Shown here: positions 36,791-49,510 of the stretch, piece after piece
Layout of the letters: each line of letters opens with the position of its first letter
Numbering within the stretch: position 1 is the stretch's first letter
Source of the DNA: Negaprion brevirostris
Taxonomy: Eukaryota
Assembly: GCA_030324005.1 (NCBI GenBank)
Contig: JARDVH010000154.1
Coordinates: 30,268,212 to 30,332,211, forward strand
DNA length: 64,000 bases
Direction: 5' to 3'
Position numbers and translations under genes: made by a program
Notes under the pieces: model-generated
Told to the model about the DNA's origin: nothing
Database searches by the model: none
Seen by the model: only the letters and a program-made list of their open reading frames with translations

Positions 36791-37711
36791 ATCCTTCCTA
36801 ACCACTTGTGTCCATTCAATGTGGCCCAAATCAAGCATACATGTCAATTGCTCAAGCGTTACTGTGTAATTCTCTGTTTCATAAAAATAAAACAGCATTT
36901 ATAATCTCTGCTACTAACCTCTCATTGTAATGTTACTTGAAACTTTTATGATGAGTGATTTATCTTTTTGCTATCTTAACCCACATTGAGAAATATTGGT
37001 TGGTTTTACTCTGGGCTTTCCAATTGTAGCCCGAGCATTTTAAAAATTGGTTTCAAAAATTTGACTTTACGTGAGTACATAAGGAAATGCAAGCTGTTGT
37101 TGGAAGAGTCTGATTCTTAATTGTTATTTTGTTACAGGATTGTATCAAAAATATAATCACTATTCTCTCATCAATGAGAAAAAAATCCACTTAAAGTGAA
37201 AATTAGTGAAGCACTAATATCTGGTTCAAAGTCATCTGGGTCCCAAAATTCAAGAGTTCAATGATGTACTTTAATTGCCACAAGTATGCTCTTAGTACCT
37301 TGTGCTCAAAGAGTTGCAACTTTTCAGGAGCAGTTGCTGATGAAGAATCTGATTATGTATTTTTGTTTGGATTGATAATGTTTCCAGATTCTGTGGTGTT
37401 ATACTGTGAATCCTCTAAATAGAACACACAGAGGAAAAGTGTAATGAATAACAGTAGATGAAGAGCTGCGCTAGAGTTAAAGTGTACTTAAAAATAGGAG
37501 ATGAAAAGCTGCATTACTTCCCTAATACAGACAAAAAAATGGAAATAGAATTATGGGCAGGAAAATTAGTGCTAAGAATGGGTCATAATCCTGCCTTATC
37601 CCAAGCTGAAACTGTCCCTGTCTTCACTATTACCTTATACTGTCCTCTTTTGCTAAGCAACACTTGTTTCTTCACTATTCCCACCTAACAAATGGTATTT
37701 CTTTTTTACAG

Positions 37712-37756
37712 CATTTTGATCGCGGAGATGTTGTGGTGATGGTAAACTTAGCAGTG
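37712..37756 (+). other. Candidate poison cassette exon of GPATCH8 (30 or 45 nt)
   Basis: CTAAC branch point 37685-37689, pyrimidine tract + CAG, donors GTAAAC (37742) / GTAATT (37757); reads G|CA TTT TGA in the phase-1 frame. Confidence 0.6.
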
Positions 37757-39560
37757 GTAATTTTTTTTTCAGACTGAATTACTATCCCTCTTTGTCATCA
37801 GTGCACCAATATAAAAGGCTTATTTTCCTTCTCTGTTTAGCGTTCATTCTGCTGCTTGATATTCATTACCTTTTTTTCTTAGTAAAGTTATTTAAATTGC
37901 ATCTGTCCTGAGTGTTAATTGTTGTCCATTAGGAAGTAAATGCTGAGAAGAGACTGTTGTTTGTGTTTCTTAAAAATTCAAATCCAATCAATATCAACTT
38001 CTAGTATTGTCCAAGAGTTGATTTTACCCGTTTGTTGGGCACTTGCACTTGCTGCTGAAAATAAATACAAAACCATTCACGAGTGCTACTAATAATTGAG
38101 AAATATTATGTTAATCTGTACAGCAACCTAGTCTGAGCCCCTTCACAATGCACCCAAATACGTAATACAAGTCAATGACTTAAATAGCATACCATTTATT
38201 GTAGTATTTGTCTTGTACAGATTAAATATGCACCCAGTTGTCTAAAATGCTATTCTGTGAATTGGCTTGCACCTAAATCAGTAATTAAAAATGTGCTTAT
38301 AAATTGCTTGGCTAATCCTACAAATCAAATTATGTCATTTTGCTGTCTAGAAATTAGCATATATTTCTCTAAAATAGATGAGCATCTAAGGTAAGTAATC
38401 TGTTCTGTCACAGCTCAGCAAACTACTGCCGAGTGTATATTTCTGACTTAGATCTGTGGTAGTAAAGTGCTAGGCTGTCCCATTTGCTTTGTTTGGCTGG
38501 TTGAGTGGATAAAAGATTTGTACGACTCTTATATATAGTTGGATTAGTACTGTTGAAAGTTTAATTTTCTTTGCAAAAAGTCCTTTTCACAGCTTAGACC
38601 TTGTTTGGTCTAAAATTCAAAAGTATTTCAGTGATGGTGGGCAAATTGCTGTTACATTTATAAATTGACTACCATAGCTTATATTCATTTATAATAATGA
38701 ATTCTAATTTTTCGATCGCCGGGATAATACTGTCAGGTTTGACCATAAAAACCTGCATGTTGAGAAAGGTTTGTGCTTAGTACTTTCTAAGCCCAACCTT
38801 AACAGATGTTTATAAAGTAAAGCCTCTGGTAGTGGTTTTGGTACGAGCCAATTCCTAGATTTCTGTACATCCGATGTTTGGATTAAAAACTTCTTTTAAA
38901 ACTATTATATTAGATCTAACAAAATGTTAAAATATTTTGTACGCTCACTCTTCAACTTGATTGTTGAGTGGTGGCAAATAAAGCTCTCTTCCCTCTCCGG
39001 ATTCCCCTGGGAAAATTAAGCACTCTAGTATGGTTTGTTAAATTTCAGTTTAAAGGGTTGTTAATTACATTGATTCCAACCCTTTGAGACACAATTCAGC
39101 AAAGCCTGAATTTATTACTTGATATAGCCTCATGAAAAGAACAGAATTGTAGTGATTTACTGCTTCAATGATTTGTTCTATTTATACATTCATTTATGTC
39201 AACTTGTTCTGTAGAAAGCTACTCAATGTGGAACCACATGCATGGGCAGGCATGCACATATATGAATATGTACACCCACCCCAACTCGCCCATGTTGTAC
39301 AAAATCTTCGCAACTTCAGCTAATGACTACAATGTGTTTTTCTATTCGCCACCTCCGCACAAACCCCCCCCCCCCGCCCAAACCCCCTCCTACTGCCATC
39401 ATAAGAAACAAAAGGAACTTAATTATATCGTTTAAAAGATGTCAGGTTACAAAAAAAAGTAAATCCTTGGCTAATACATCAATAAATCCGTCCAAAAGGT
39501 AAATGCAAATGTTTTCTTTTCTGCCCTGTTCTTTTTGTACAAAGTTAAATCTAGCTGTAT

Positions 39561-39871
39561 ATTCGCTTCTCGGCCTTTTGGCTAAGACCAAGTGTAGTGT
39601 CAACATGCTGTGCTTGGTTGAAGTCATTAGATTACATTTCAGCTTCATTTGAAGCAATTTTTAAAAGTGGCATCTCGGCCTTTTGCCTAAGATGCAAATG
39701 AGATCAAGCCTTGGAGGAGGTGCCGTGCCTACTCCAATTAGTTTGGATCATGTAGATCAAGCCCAAGACAGGAGATCAGAATCCTGCCTTGTCAGCTTGG
39801 ATCGGGAATGTCTCAACTTGTTGAGACTCTGAATTGGACTTGATTTGATTGGAATAAAAACAAAAAAAAAA
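39561..39871 (+). mobile_element. U2 snRNA-headed SINE-like retroelement
   Basis: 39561-39598 matches U2 nt 1-37 (one insertion, one substitution); ~250-bp non-U2 body; AATAAA + A-tail; second 3' copy at 10109-10176. Confidence 0.8.
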
Positions 39872-40193
39872 GTTGTAGCATTTTAAATTGTTACTTTTAT
39901 GAAACATTAGCCCATTCTGTGCTTTTTTGACTTCTACTTTTAGTATGGTAAATGATGATGTGGTAAAATGGATTCTTCAATTGTTTCAATTTGAGTAAAA
40001 TAGTGATCAGTTTGCAGATATTGCATCTGCACAATATTAAATCTTCACTATATAAAACAAACCTGTGGTGAGTGCTGATAATATTCTAAGCTGTGAGAAT
40101 GGCTTCTGTTTGGTTCACTGTAGCTTTCTGGCCTCTGCACTCTAAGGCAAGATCTTTACCCACCAGACCCTCTGAGCGAATAATTATAATTGA

Positions 40194-40325
<132 letters not shown>

Positions 40326-40804
40326 TAACAGCAAACATTCTGCATCTTGGTTTCTGTGAGAACTTACTGATCAGTAATTTTAGCACTATACTGTATATTG
40401 ATATGATCAGCAGGACTGAGGAGAGAAATCGTGGGTCCAGACTCCTCTTCTGTTTCCAGGCCCCTTATTCCTCTCAGAAATCAAATGTAAGCCAGTCTTG
40501 TCTAGCTACATCTAAGCAAATGTTAGGAATTAGGAAGACGCGCACAGACACAAATACATTCGCTGGCTACATGGCCCCTCTCACAGCCTTTGGCCAAGCC
40601 ATCTTCCAATGGCTACTTAATCTCTGGAAGTAGTATCCACTTTGAGTGGATAATCTGTTAATTTAAAAAGATCTCTTGTTTAAAAAAAACTTAAGTTTTA
40701 CCCTTTGTCATTTTTAATGGGAGAAATGATGCTGGGAAGCTGATGGCTGTATCGGATACACACATCTCTCTCTTTCTCTCTCCCTCGCACGTGCGTGTGT
40801 GCAC

Positions 40805-41178
40805 GATGCAATTAAGGCAAATGGAATTTTGTCCTTCATTGTTAGAGGGATGGAGTTTAAAACAAGGAGATCATGTTGCAGCTATACAAGGTGCTGGTGA
40901 GGCCATACCTGGATCACTGTATACAGTTTTGGTCTCACTTGAGAAAGGATGTACTGGCACTGTAGGAGGTACAGAGAAGATTCACTAAGTTAATTCTGGA
41001 GTTGAGAGGGTTGACTTATGAGGAAAGACTGAGGCTAAACTCGCAGGAATTTAGAAGAATCTTGTATAAAAAAAATTATGAAGGGAATAGATCAGATAGA
41101 AGCAGGGNNNNNNNNNNCAGGGAGGTTGTGTCCGCTGGCAAATGAAACTAGAACAAGGGGGCATAGCCGCAAAATAAG
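40805..41178 (+). mobile_element. CR1 LINE fragment
   Basis: LQLYKVLVRPYLDHCIQFW motif. Confidence 0.85.
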
Positions 41179-43126
41179 CATGCACACACGCCCCTCTCCA
41201 GCGCACTGACTCATCTCGAGCATGCGCACTTACCTCTGGCACGCCTGCCCCTCATGAATATCTTGATATGAACTCCCTTAATGCCGTTATATTTTAATTA
41301 GATTTATAACTTCCTTCATCAAACAGCAGCAAACTGGCAGGGTGGGGCTTAATGCACAGAAAGCTGTTTATGAAAAGGGAGGGTGAGAAAAGTGGCGGAA
41401 GCGATAATTATTCTAAAACTTGTGATTAGAGATGTGCTTGTTGCCTGTGGTCCAGCTTCTGCAACGAAGGGGAGCTAATGTTGATGGAAGCTAAAAACAA
41501 AGAAAAGATTGAATTCTGTACATAATGAGGTTGTTCCAAGGAACTTGATTCAAGTTTCAAAGTCAGTATTGTCCATTAACTGATGCTAGGTAGTAACTTA
41601 TTGAGAGATGGTGATTACTGATGACCATCTGATCATGATATTCCACTAGGTTGATACTTTTTTTTCCTGCAAGCTATCCATGAAAGATGCAAGTTTAAAA
41701 AACCTGTTATGAAATCTTAAGTGAAAAGCCCTCCAGCGTTGACATTTACAGTTTAGTTGAGGATTTTGCCAAGGCATAACAAACCGAATTGCCTCATGTG
41801 AAATAGAGGACTCTGCAACTAGGCCAGTAAGGTGAAGTTGAAGTTACTGAGGCAAAATTCAGGCTGGTTTTAGAGTTGCTGAGCTATCTGGTAAGGATAG
41901 TTTTAACCCTCAGTTATTTATGTCATGACTAATTTTGACACGCTGAATTAGATGTAATACGCATTTGCTGTCAAGAACTGTTGATCTCTCTCAATGTACA
42001 ATTTATACTTCAGCTTACTTTAAAATATTTTATTGTTTTGGCAATACTGTATTTAATAGTCCTTAGGCAGACAAGGGTCAATGGTTTAATTTCAGAAATC
42101 CATGACTAGTTTGATCGAGCTAGCCATTTTTTCTTGGTGTTCAGAATTTGAATTTTATGAAGTAGAAATGGCCAGACTGAAGTAACTAGAACATNNNNNN
42201 NNNNNNNNNNNNNNNNNNNNNNNNNNNNNNNNNNNNNNNNNNNNNNNNNNNNNNNNNNNNNNNNNNNNNNNNNNNNNNNNNNNNNNNNNNNNNNNNNNNN
42301 NNNNNNNNNNNNNNNNNNNNNNNNNNNNNNNNNNNNNNNNNNNNNNNNNNNNNNNNNNNNNNNNNNNNNNNNNNNNNNNNNNNNNNNNNNNNNNNNNNNN
42401 NNNNNNNNNNNNNNNNNNNNNNNNNNNNNNNNNNNNNNNNNNNNNNNNNNNNNNNNNNNNNNNNNNNNNNNNNNNNNNNNNNNNNNNNNNNNNNNNNNNN
42501 NNNNNNNNNNNNNNNNNNNNNNNNNNNNNNNNNNNNNNNNNNNNNNNNNNNNNNNNNNNNNNNNNNNNNNNNNNNNNNNNNNNNNNNNNNNNNNNNNNNN
42601 NNNNNNNNNNNNNNNNNNNNNNNNNNNNNNNNNNNNNNNNNNNNNNNNNNNNNNNNNNNNNNNNNNNNNNNNNNNNNNNNNNNNNNNNNNNNNNNNNNNN
42701 NNNNNNNNNNNNNNNNNNNNNNNNNNNNNNNNNNNNNNNNNNNNNNNNNNNNNNNNNNNNNNNNNNNNNNNNNNNNNNNNNNNNNNNNNNNNNNNNNNNN
42801 NNNNNNNNNNNNNNNNNNNNNNNNNNNNNNNNNNNNNNNNNNNNNNNNNNNNNNNNNNNNNNNNNNNNNNNNNNNNNNNNNNNNNNNNNNNNNNNNNNNN
42901 NNNNNNNNNNNNNNNNNNNNNNNNNNNNNNNNNNNNNNNNNNNNNNNNNNNNNNNNNNNNNNNNNNNNNNNNNNNNNNNNNNNNNNNNNNNNNNNNNNNN
43001 NNNNNNNNNNNNNNNNNNNNNNNNNNNNNNNNNNNNNNNNNNNNNNNNNNNNNNNNNNNNNNNNNNNNNNNNNNNNNNNNNNNNNNNNNNNNNNNNNNNN
43101 NNNNNNNNNNNNNNNNNNNNNNNNNN

Positions 43127-43200
43127 CTCTGAGTAAAGAACCTACCTCTGACATCCGTCCTATATTTATCACCCCTCAATTTAAAGCTATGTCCCCTCGT
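43127..43200 (-). mobile_element. CR1 fragment abutting gap
   Basis: Minus strand TRGHSFKLRGDKYRTDVRGRFFTQ. Confidence 0.85.
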
Positions 43201-43379
43201 GTTTACACGGAATCACATTTTTCTTAAATGGTCACCATTCAAGTACTTAAGTGGTTCAGCCAGAATAGCATGTTACCGTTGGTCAGTAATACCTTTGGTC
43301 GATATTAAGTTGATTGCTGCAGCAGTTTTATATTGCAACAACAGATTCGCGCTAGAATTTCATGTCTCAACATAGTGTG

Positions 43380-43398
43380 CCGCTCCATCTAGTGGCCT
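43380..43398 (-). promoter_or_regulatory. CTCF-like motif
   Basis: Reverse complement AGGCCACTAGATGGAGCGG fits the CTCF core. Confidence 0.55.
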
Positions 43399-45106
43399 GG
43401 TTGCAAACCGTCAAAACCTGATATGAGAATCACTAACTTCGCAGGCAAAAAAAAGCTGCGGCTGGAATTAAATACTACTGAACATACAAGCTGATGCCAA
43501 AAACCTATAAAGTTATGTTTCATTTTATTATGGAATGAAAATATTTTTAATAAGTTGAGATATCAAATTTTCATTAATTTCCAAATCAATAAGTCAAGTA
43601 GATGGAAAATAGATGTTTTTCCTGAATTTGAGGTGTTTCTGCTACAACAATCATTTAACTAGTCAGTATGGAAATTGAGTTGTGGCTTTGAGGAATTGAT
43701 TTATGGTCTTATATTTTCTTACATTAAATACACTTGGGGAATGATTTATGCTGATTGTTTGTCATGATGAAACTTGGTGTTTTTTTTAAAAACAAGAGAA
43801 GTAAAAAATACAGGGAAATACTCCATCAGTCACTTCGGAGTCATAAGAGTCTTACAGCAAGACGTCCTCCAGTGAAACTTTATATCTAGCTCCTGCCTTT
43901 ACACCTTCCCTGTTCCCTCCACTTCAAACTTTTGCTTTGGAGCTGCTCACTTCACTCCATAACTGCTCCCTCCAGATTTCCTGAGACAAGTTGGTCTCTC
44001 TCTCTTCCCAAATAAGAAAAAAGATAAATTATTTGGCGTGTACATTTCTTGGGGCCTCACTCACTCACTTGCTTGCCCGCGCGCGCTCTCTCTCTGTCTC
44101 AGTTAAGCTGAACAGAGCCTGAACTGCGTCAAGATTTTTACAGTTTGAGCAAAAGATAAACAGTTAAAAGAATATGCAGGGAACACGCCTTTCACTGGGC
44201 TAAATACAGCGATTTCAATTTGCAGCTATTTTGTTTAGTTGTCCTCCTAGGTGTAGCTGTACAGAGTAGATTTCCACATTTTATCCCAAATAGTTTTCAG
44301 TAGACTTTCTCTTGGGATGGTTGTTCTGCGATATTTGTGCACAACATTTGCGCAAAAGAAAAGCTTTATTCATTGCAGCCTTTCAGTATTTCCTTCCAAT
44401 TTCTACTCTGATGACATCTATTTTGCTTGATAAAGCAGTTCTTAAAGTCCTGCTGGCTGTATATTCTAGAGGAATTCAATTACAATTTAATTCAGTTAGT
44501 CTGCTGTTGTAATTGTATTGTAGAATGTTGTTGATGTCTCACCCCTAAAACTTTTGAACAGATTTGAGATGGCATTAAAGTGAAGAAGAGATGTGTCTTT
44601 CAACCTCGGGGATTCTTTGAGTGCTTGTTCTCTTTAAATCCTGCTTGAGTGAAATGCAAGTTCTGTATGTGGCTGGCTAGCACACCCCATTGTCTTAATA
44701 ACATTGCAGTTTATTAAAATCCAGTCAAGGTGAAGAGGCACCAGAAATTGTATCTGTTTCTTTTAAAAAAAACACATCCTTGTAACATTGCAAAGGGTGA
44801 AAGTGGGAGTGGGCAAAGAATAGACCAGGTTAGTTAAGTAGTCTGTCAGGTATGCGAAATGTACTTCGCAAGTACTTGTTATCTTTCAGTCCCCAAATAA
44901 ATTTACATTTTGAGGAAATCAATCAACCGTGTTGGAAAAAGCTAATTTAAATTCAGGCAAACAACAACACACACATTCAGAATGACTTGATTCAAGTGTT
45001 GGTTTTTATTTCACTCCATTTATATTGCTAACCTACTTTATTAGAATGCAGACATTTGTTATGATTACACATTGACTGTAACAAATGCATCTTTCCCTTG
45101 TCATAG

Positions 45107-45259
<153 letters not shown>

Positions 45260-45669
45260 TGACCAGCAATTATTATGTAGAAGCAGAAGAAAAGCTGTCT
45301 GAGCGAAGTCACAAAAATACATGCTTGTGCTTCCACTTGCTGTCTGTTTAATCTCCTGCCAGGACTTGATGTTGTGCTTGTATTTTGCATTAAAGTAGTA
45401 TCCCTGGTTTTACTGACCACTGTACTTATTACACACTAAAGTCAGCTGACATGAGCAATACTTATTTTCAATCCCTTCAAGTATTTTTTAATAAAATGAA
45501 ACACGCAATTGTAAAAGTTACGAAATTGTGTTAATGTGAACACTGACTTGAACCATTGGCAAAAAACAGTTTCTTAAAATGTGCGCACCAAAATTAATGC
45601 TTTTTAATATTAGTTGGCTAAAAGTAAATGGTGAAATGCTATAATGTTCTGAGAGAATATCTGGTTTTT

Positions 45670-48600
45670 CATTGTCGAACTGTGGGCTTCACTGGCAAGG
45701 CAAATTCCTCGTTCCTTAGTTGCCCACGAGAAAGGACTATTGAGCATCTTCCTGAACTGCTGCATCTTTCATGAATAAAGTCCTTGCACAGTGCTATCAG
45801 GTAAGAAATTTGACTCAGCACTGATGAAGGACTGGTAATATAGGCGCACATGGGATTTCTGTGCGACCTGATTTAAGAACTTGGAGTTGGTTTTCCCATG
45901 CACCCTACTGCCCTGGGTGGTGGATGCTGCTGGCTTAGGATGTATTCTTGGGCACTAAGATGTGCCTTAATCTGTGCTGTGTTAGCTTATCTCAACAAAT
46001 TGACTTTTGGTAGTACGGTTCTTTCAATTGGTTTCCATACCACTGGATTTTGGAGGTGCGAAGAGGTGGTGGCTCCTGTTTTTGATTTTTATATATTCTT
46101 TATGTGGGCATTGTTGCCTTTCCCTAATTGCCCTCAAGAAGGTAGTTCTTAAACTGTTACTGTAGTTACATCCCTGGTGCTGTTAGGGCGGGAGTTACAG
46201 CATTTTCACTCAGCAAGAGAAGGAACGGCGTTTAGATACGTGGAGAGAAACTTGCAGGTGATGGTATTCTCATGTGTTTGTTGCCCTTGTCACTGCTGAC
46301 TAGTGGTGTGCCTCAGGGGTCGGTGCTGGGACCACAGCTTTTCATAATAAACATGACCGATTTGGAAGAAGGAACTGAAGACACTATTGCTAAGTTTTCA
46401 GATGATACAAAGATATGTAGAGGGACAGGTAGTATTGAGGAAGCAGGGAGACTACAAAAGGACTTGGACAGGTTAGGAGAGTGGGCAAGGAAGTGCCAGA
46501 TGGACTACAGTGTGGAAAAGTGAGAGGTTATGCACTTTGGAAGGAGGAATTGAGGTATAAACTATTTCCTCAATGGGGAAGTACTTAGGAAATCAGAAGC
46601 ACAAAGGGACTTGGGAGTTCTTGTTCAAGATTCTCAAAGTTAACATGCAGTTTCAGTCAGCAGTTAGGAAGGCAAATGCAGTATTAGCATTCATGTGGAA
46701 ACGGCTAGAATACAAGAGCAAGGATGTACTTCTGAGACTGTATAAGGCTGTGGTCTGACCCCGTTTGGAGTATTGTGAGCAATTAAGGATGGATGTGCTG
46801 GCCTTGGAAAGAGTCCAGAGGAGGTTCACAAGAATGATCCTTGGAATGAAGACCTTGTTGTCTGAGGAATGGTTGAGGACTCTGAGTCTGTACTCGTTGG
46901 ACTTTAGAAGGATGAGGGGGGGATCTTACTGAAACTGACAAGGTATTGTGAGGCTTGGATAGAGTGGATGTGGCGAGGATGTTTCCACTAGTAGGAAAAG
47001 CTAGAACCAGAGGGCACAACCTCAGGCTAAAGGGACGATCATTTAAAACAGAGATGAGGAGGAATTTCTTCAGCTAGAGGGTGGTGAATCTGTGGAACGC
47101 TTTGTTGCAAAAGGCTAAGGAGGCCAGGTCATTGAGTATCTTTAACTCCTAGATAGATAGGTTCTTGATAAGGCGATCAGGGGATATGGGGGAAAGGCAG
47201 GAGAATGGAGCTGAGAAAAATATCAGCCATGATTGAATGGCGGAGCAGACTCAATGGGCCTAGGGGCCTAATTCTGCCCCCATGTCTTATGGTCTCTTTG
47301 AGGTCATTGGTTTGGAAAAGCTATTAAAGGAGGTGTGACAAGTTGTTGCAATGCGTCTTGTAGATGGTAGTGTGTTGACACGTGGTAGTGAAGAGAGTGA
47401 CCGTTTAAGGTGGTGAACGGAGTGCCAATCAAAAGGGCTGCTTCGTTCTGGATGGTCTTTAGCTTCTAAAGTGTTTTTGGAGCAGCACTCATCAGGCACC
47501 AACTCTTGACCAATGCCTTTAGATGATGGACAGGAAATCAGGAGGTGAGCTACTCCCTGCAGGGTTTCTAGCTTTTGATTGACTCTTGTAGTCACAGTAT
47601 TTATATGGCTGGTCCAGTTCAATTTCTGATCAATGGTAGCCCCCTAGGATGTTGAGAGTGGGGGATTCAGCAGTGGTAATAGAATTGAATGTTAAGTGGT
47701 GATGGTTAGANNNNNNNNNNNNNNNNNNNNNNNNNNNNNNNNNNNNNNNNNNNNNNNNNNNNNNNNNNNNNNNNNNNNNNNNNNNNNNNNNNNNNNNNNN
47801 NNNNNNNNNNNNNNNNNNNNNNNNNNNNNNNNNNNNNNNNNNNNNNNNNNNNNNNNNNNNNNNNNNNNNNNNNNNNNNNNNNNNNNNNNNNNNNNNNNNN
47901 NNNNNNNNNNNNNNNNNNNNNNNNNNNNNNNNNNNNNNNNNNNNNNNNNNNNNNNNNNNNNNNNNNNNNNNNNNNNNNNNNNNNNNNNNNNNNNNNNNNN
48001 NNNNNNNNNNNNNNNNNNNNNNNNNNNNNNNNNNNNNNNNNNNNNNNNNNNNNNNNNNNNNNNNNNNNNNNNNNNNNNNNNNNNNNNNNNNNNNNNNNNN
48101 NNNNNNNNNNNNNNNNNNNNNNNNNNNNNNNNNNNNNNNNNNNNNNNNNNNNNNNNNNNNNNNNNNNNNNNNNNNNNNNNNNNNNNNNNNNNNNNNNNNN
48201 NNNNNNNNNNNNNNNNNNNNNNNNNNNNNNNNNNNNNNNNNNNNNNNNNNNNNNNNNNNNNNNNNNNNNNNNNNNNNNNNNNNNNNNNNNNNNNNNNNNN
48301 NNNNNNNNNNNNNNNNNNNNNNNNNNNNNNNNNNNNNNNNNNNNNNNNNNNNNNNNNNNNNNNNNNNNNNNNNNNNNNNNNNNNNNNNNNNNNNNNNNNN
48401 NNNNNNNNNNNNNNNNNNNNNNNNNNNNNNNNNNNNNNNNNNNNNNNNNNNNNNNNNNNNNNNNNNNNNNNNNGATCTTATTGAATGGTGGGGCAGGCTC
48501 GAAGGGCTAGATGGCCTACTCCTCCTATTTCTTATGTTCTTATGTTCACCTCCACAAGAGCTGGGTGTGGCCACTCCAACCAATACAGTCATGGATTGAT

Positions 48601-48680
48601 GCATCAGTGCCAGGTGGATTGGTGAGGACGAGTAGGATTTTCCTCGGTTTCCTCCCAACCTGCCGTAAGTCCAGTTTTCC
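45670..48680 (-). mobile_element. Second LINE family fragments with nested plus-strand CR1 pieces
   Basis: Family-2 pieces at ~45670-45950, 46100-46295, 47295-47710, 48550-48680 (LNWTSHINTV; ESPTLNILG). Confidence 0.75.
46295..47295 (+). mobile_element. CR1 LINE RT/3' fragment
   Basis: TSGVPQGSVLGPQLF...KFSDDTK...LQKDLDRLGEWA and 3'UTR ending catgtcttatggtct. Confidence 0.92.
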
Positions 48681-48802
48681 AACTATGAAATGTGCAACTG
48701 TGACCTGTCGTAATATTTTGAAACTTACTTTGTAGCGTTGAATTAATATGATGGGTTTACAATATCAGGAAAATTTGTGTGCAGTTGAACTTGTAGAAAA
48801 TT

Positions 48803-49115
48803 TAATATTTTCAGAATGTGTACGATAAATAGACCAGAGATCACCACTAGAGGTCAGTAATTCGATCAAGAAATTCTCGTGTCTGCATGGGTTGCTGGCT
48901 TAGGTTGAAAATTTAAAATTGAAGAAAGATTGAATGTAAAGTGTTTTTTTACAGTATAATTAACTTTCTATTCTTCTGTGAGCAGAAAGCAAGAAAGTTT
49001 AACTGTGGGAGGATGATTTATTATTTAATAATTTGCAATTTTGCAAAATCCAAGATTATTAACTTTCTAAAAGAATGCCCAATTTATTTGGTTGCCGATG
49101 AGCGCCTGCTAAATC
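48803..49115 (+). repeat. Diverged duplication (partner 55691-55985) containing CTCF-like motif
   Basis: Collinear similarity with a 27-nt identical block agaccagagatcaccactagaggtcag. Confidence 0.8.
48841..48859 (+). promoter_or_regulatory. CTCF-like motif
   Basis: TCACCACTAGAGGTCAGTA fits the CTCF core. Confidence 0.55.
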
Positions 49116-49186
49116 CACTCACCATTTTTTGACTGGTTGTGGTTTACAAAGTGCTGTTGTTTATTGTGCTGAGCTTCATAGACTCA

Positions 49187-49510
49187 TAGATTCCCAACAG
49201 TGTAGAAGAGACCATAGGCCCCTCGAGTCTGTACTGAGTCTCTGGCAGAGTATCTTACCCAGTCTCACCCCCTGCCCTATTCCAGTAACCCAACACATTT
49301 ACCATGGTTAATCCATCTAACCTATACATCTTGGGACAGTAAGGGGCAATTTAGCACAGCCAGTCCACCTAATCCGCACATCTTTGGACTGTGGGAGGAA
49401 GTGGGAGCACCTGGAGGAAACCCATGCAGACATGAGAATGTGCAAACACCATCCAGTCACCTAAAGCCAGAATTAATCCCACGTCCCTGGAGCTGAGAGG
49501 CAGCAGTGTT
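49187..49510 (-). mobile_element. HE1-type V-SINE
   Basis: Tail, V core, head. Confidence 0.88.

Noticed and set aside
39561-39598. Functional U2 snRNA gene
   Set aside because: Only nt 1-37 present; no Sm site or 3' stem-loops; followed by unrelated body and A-tail.
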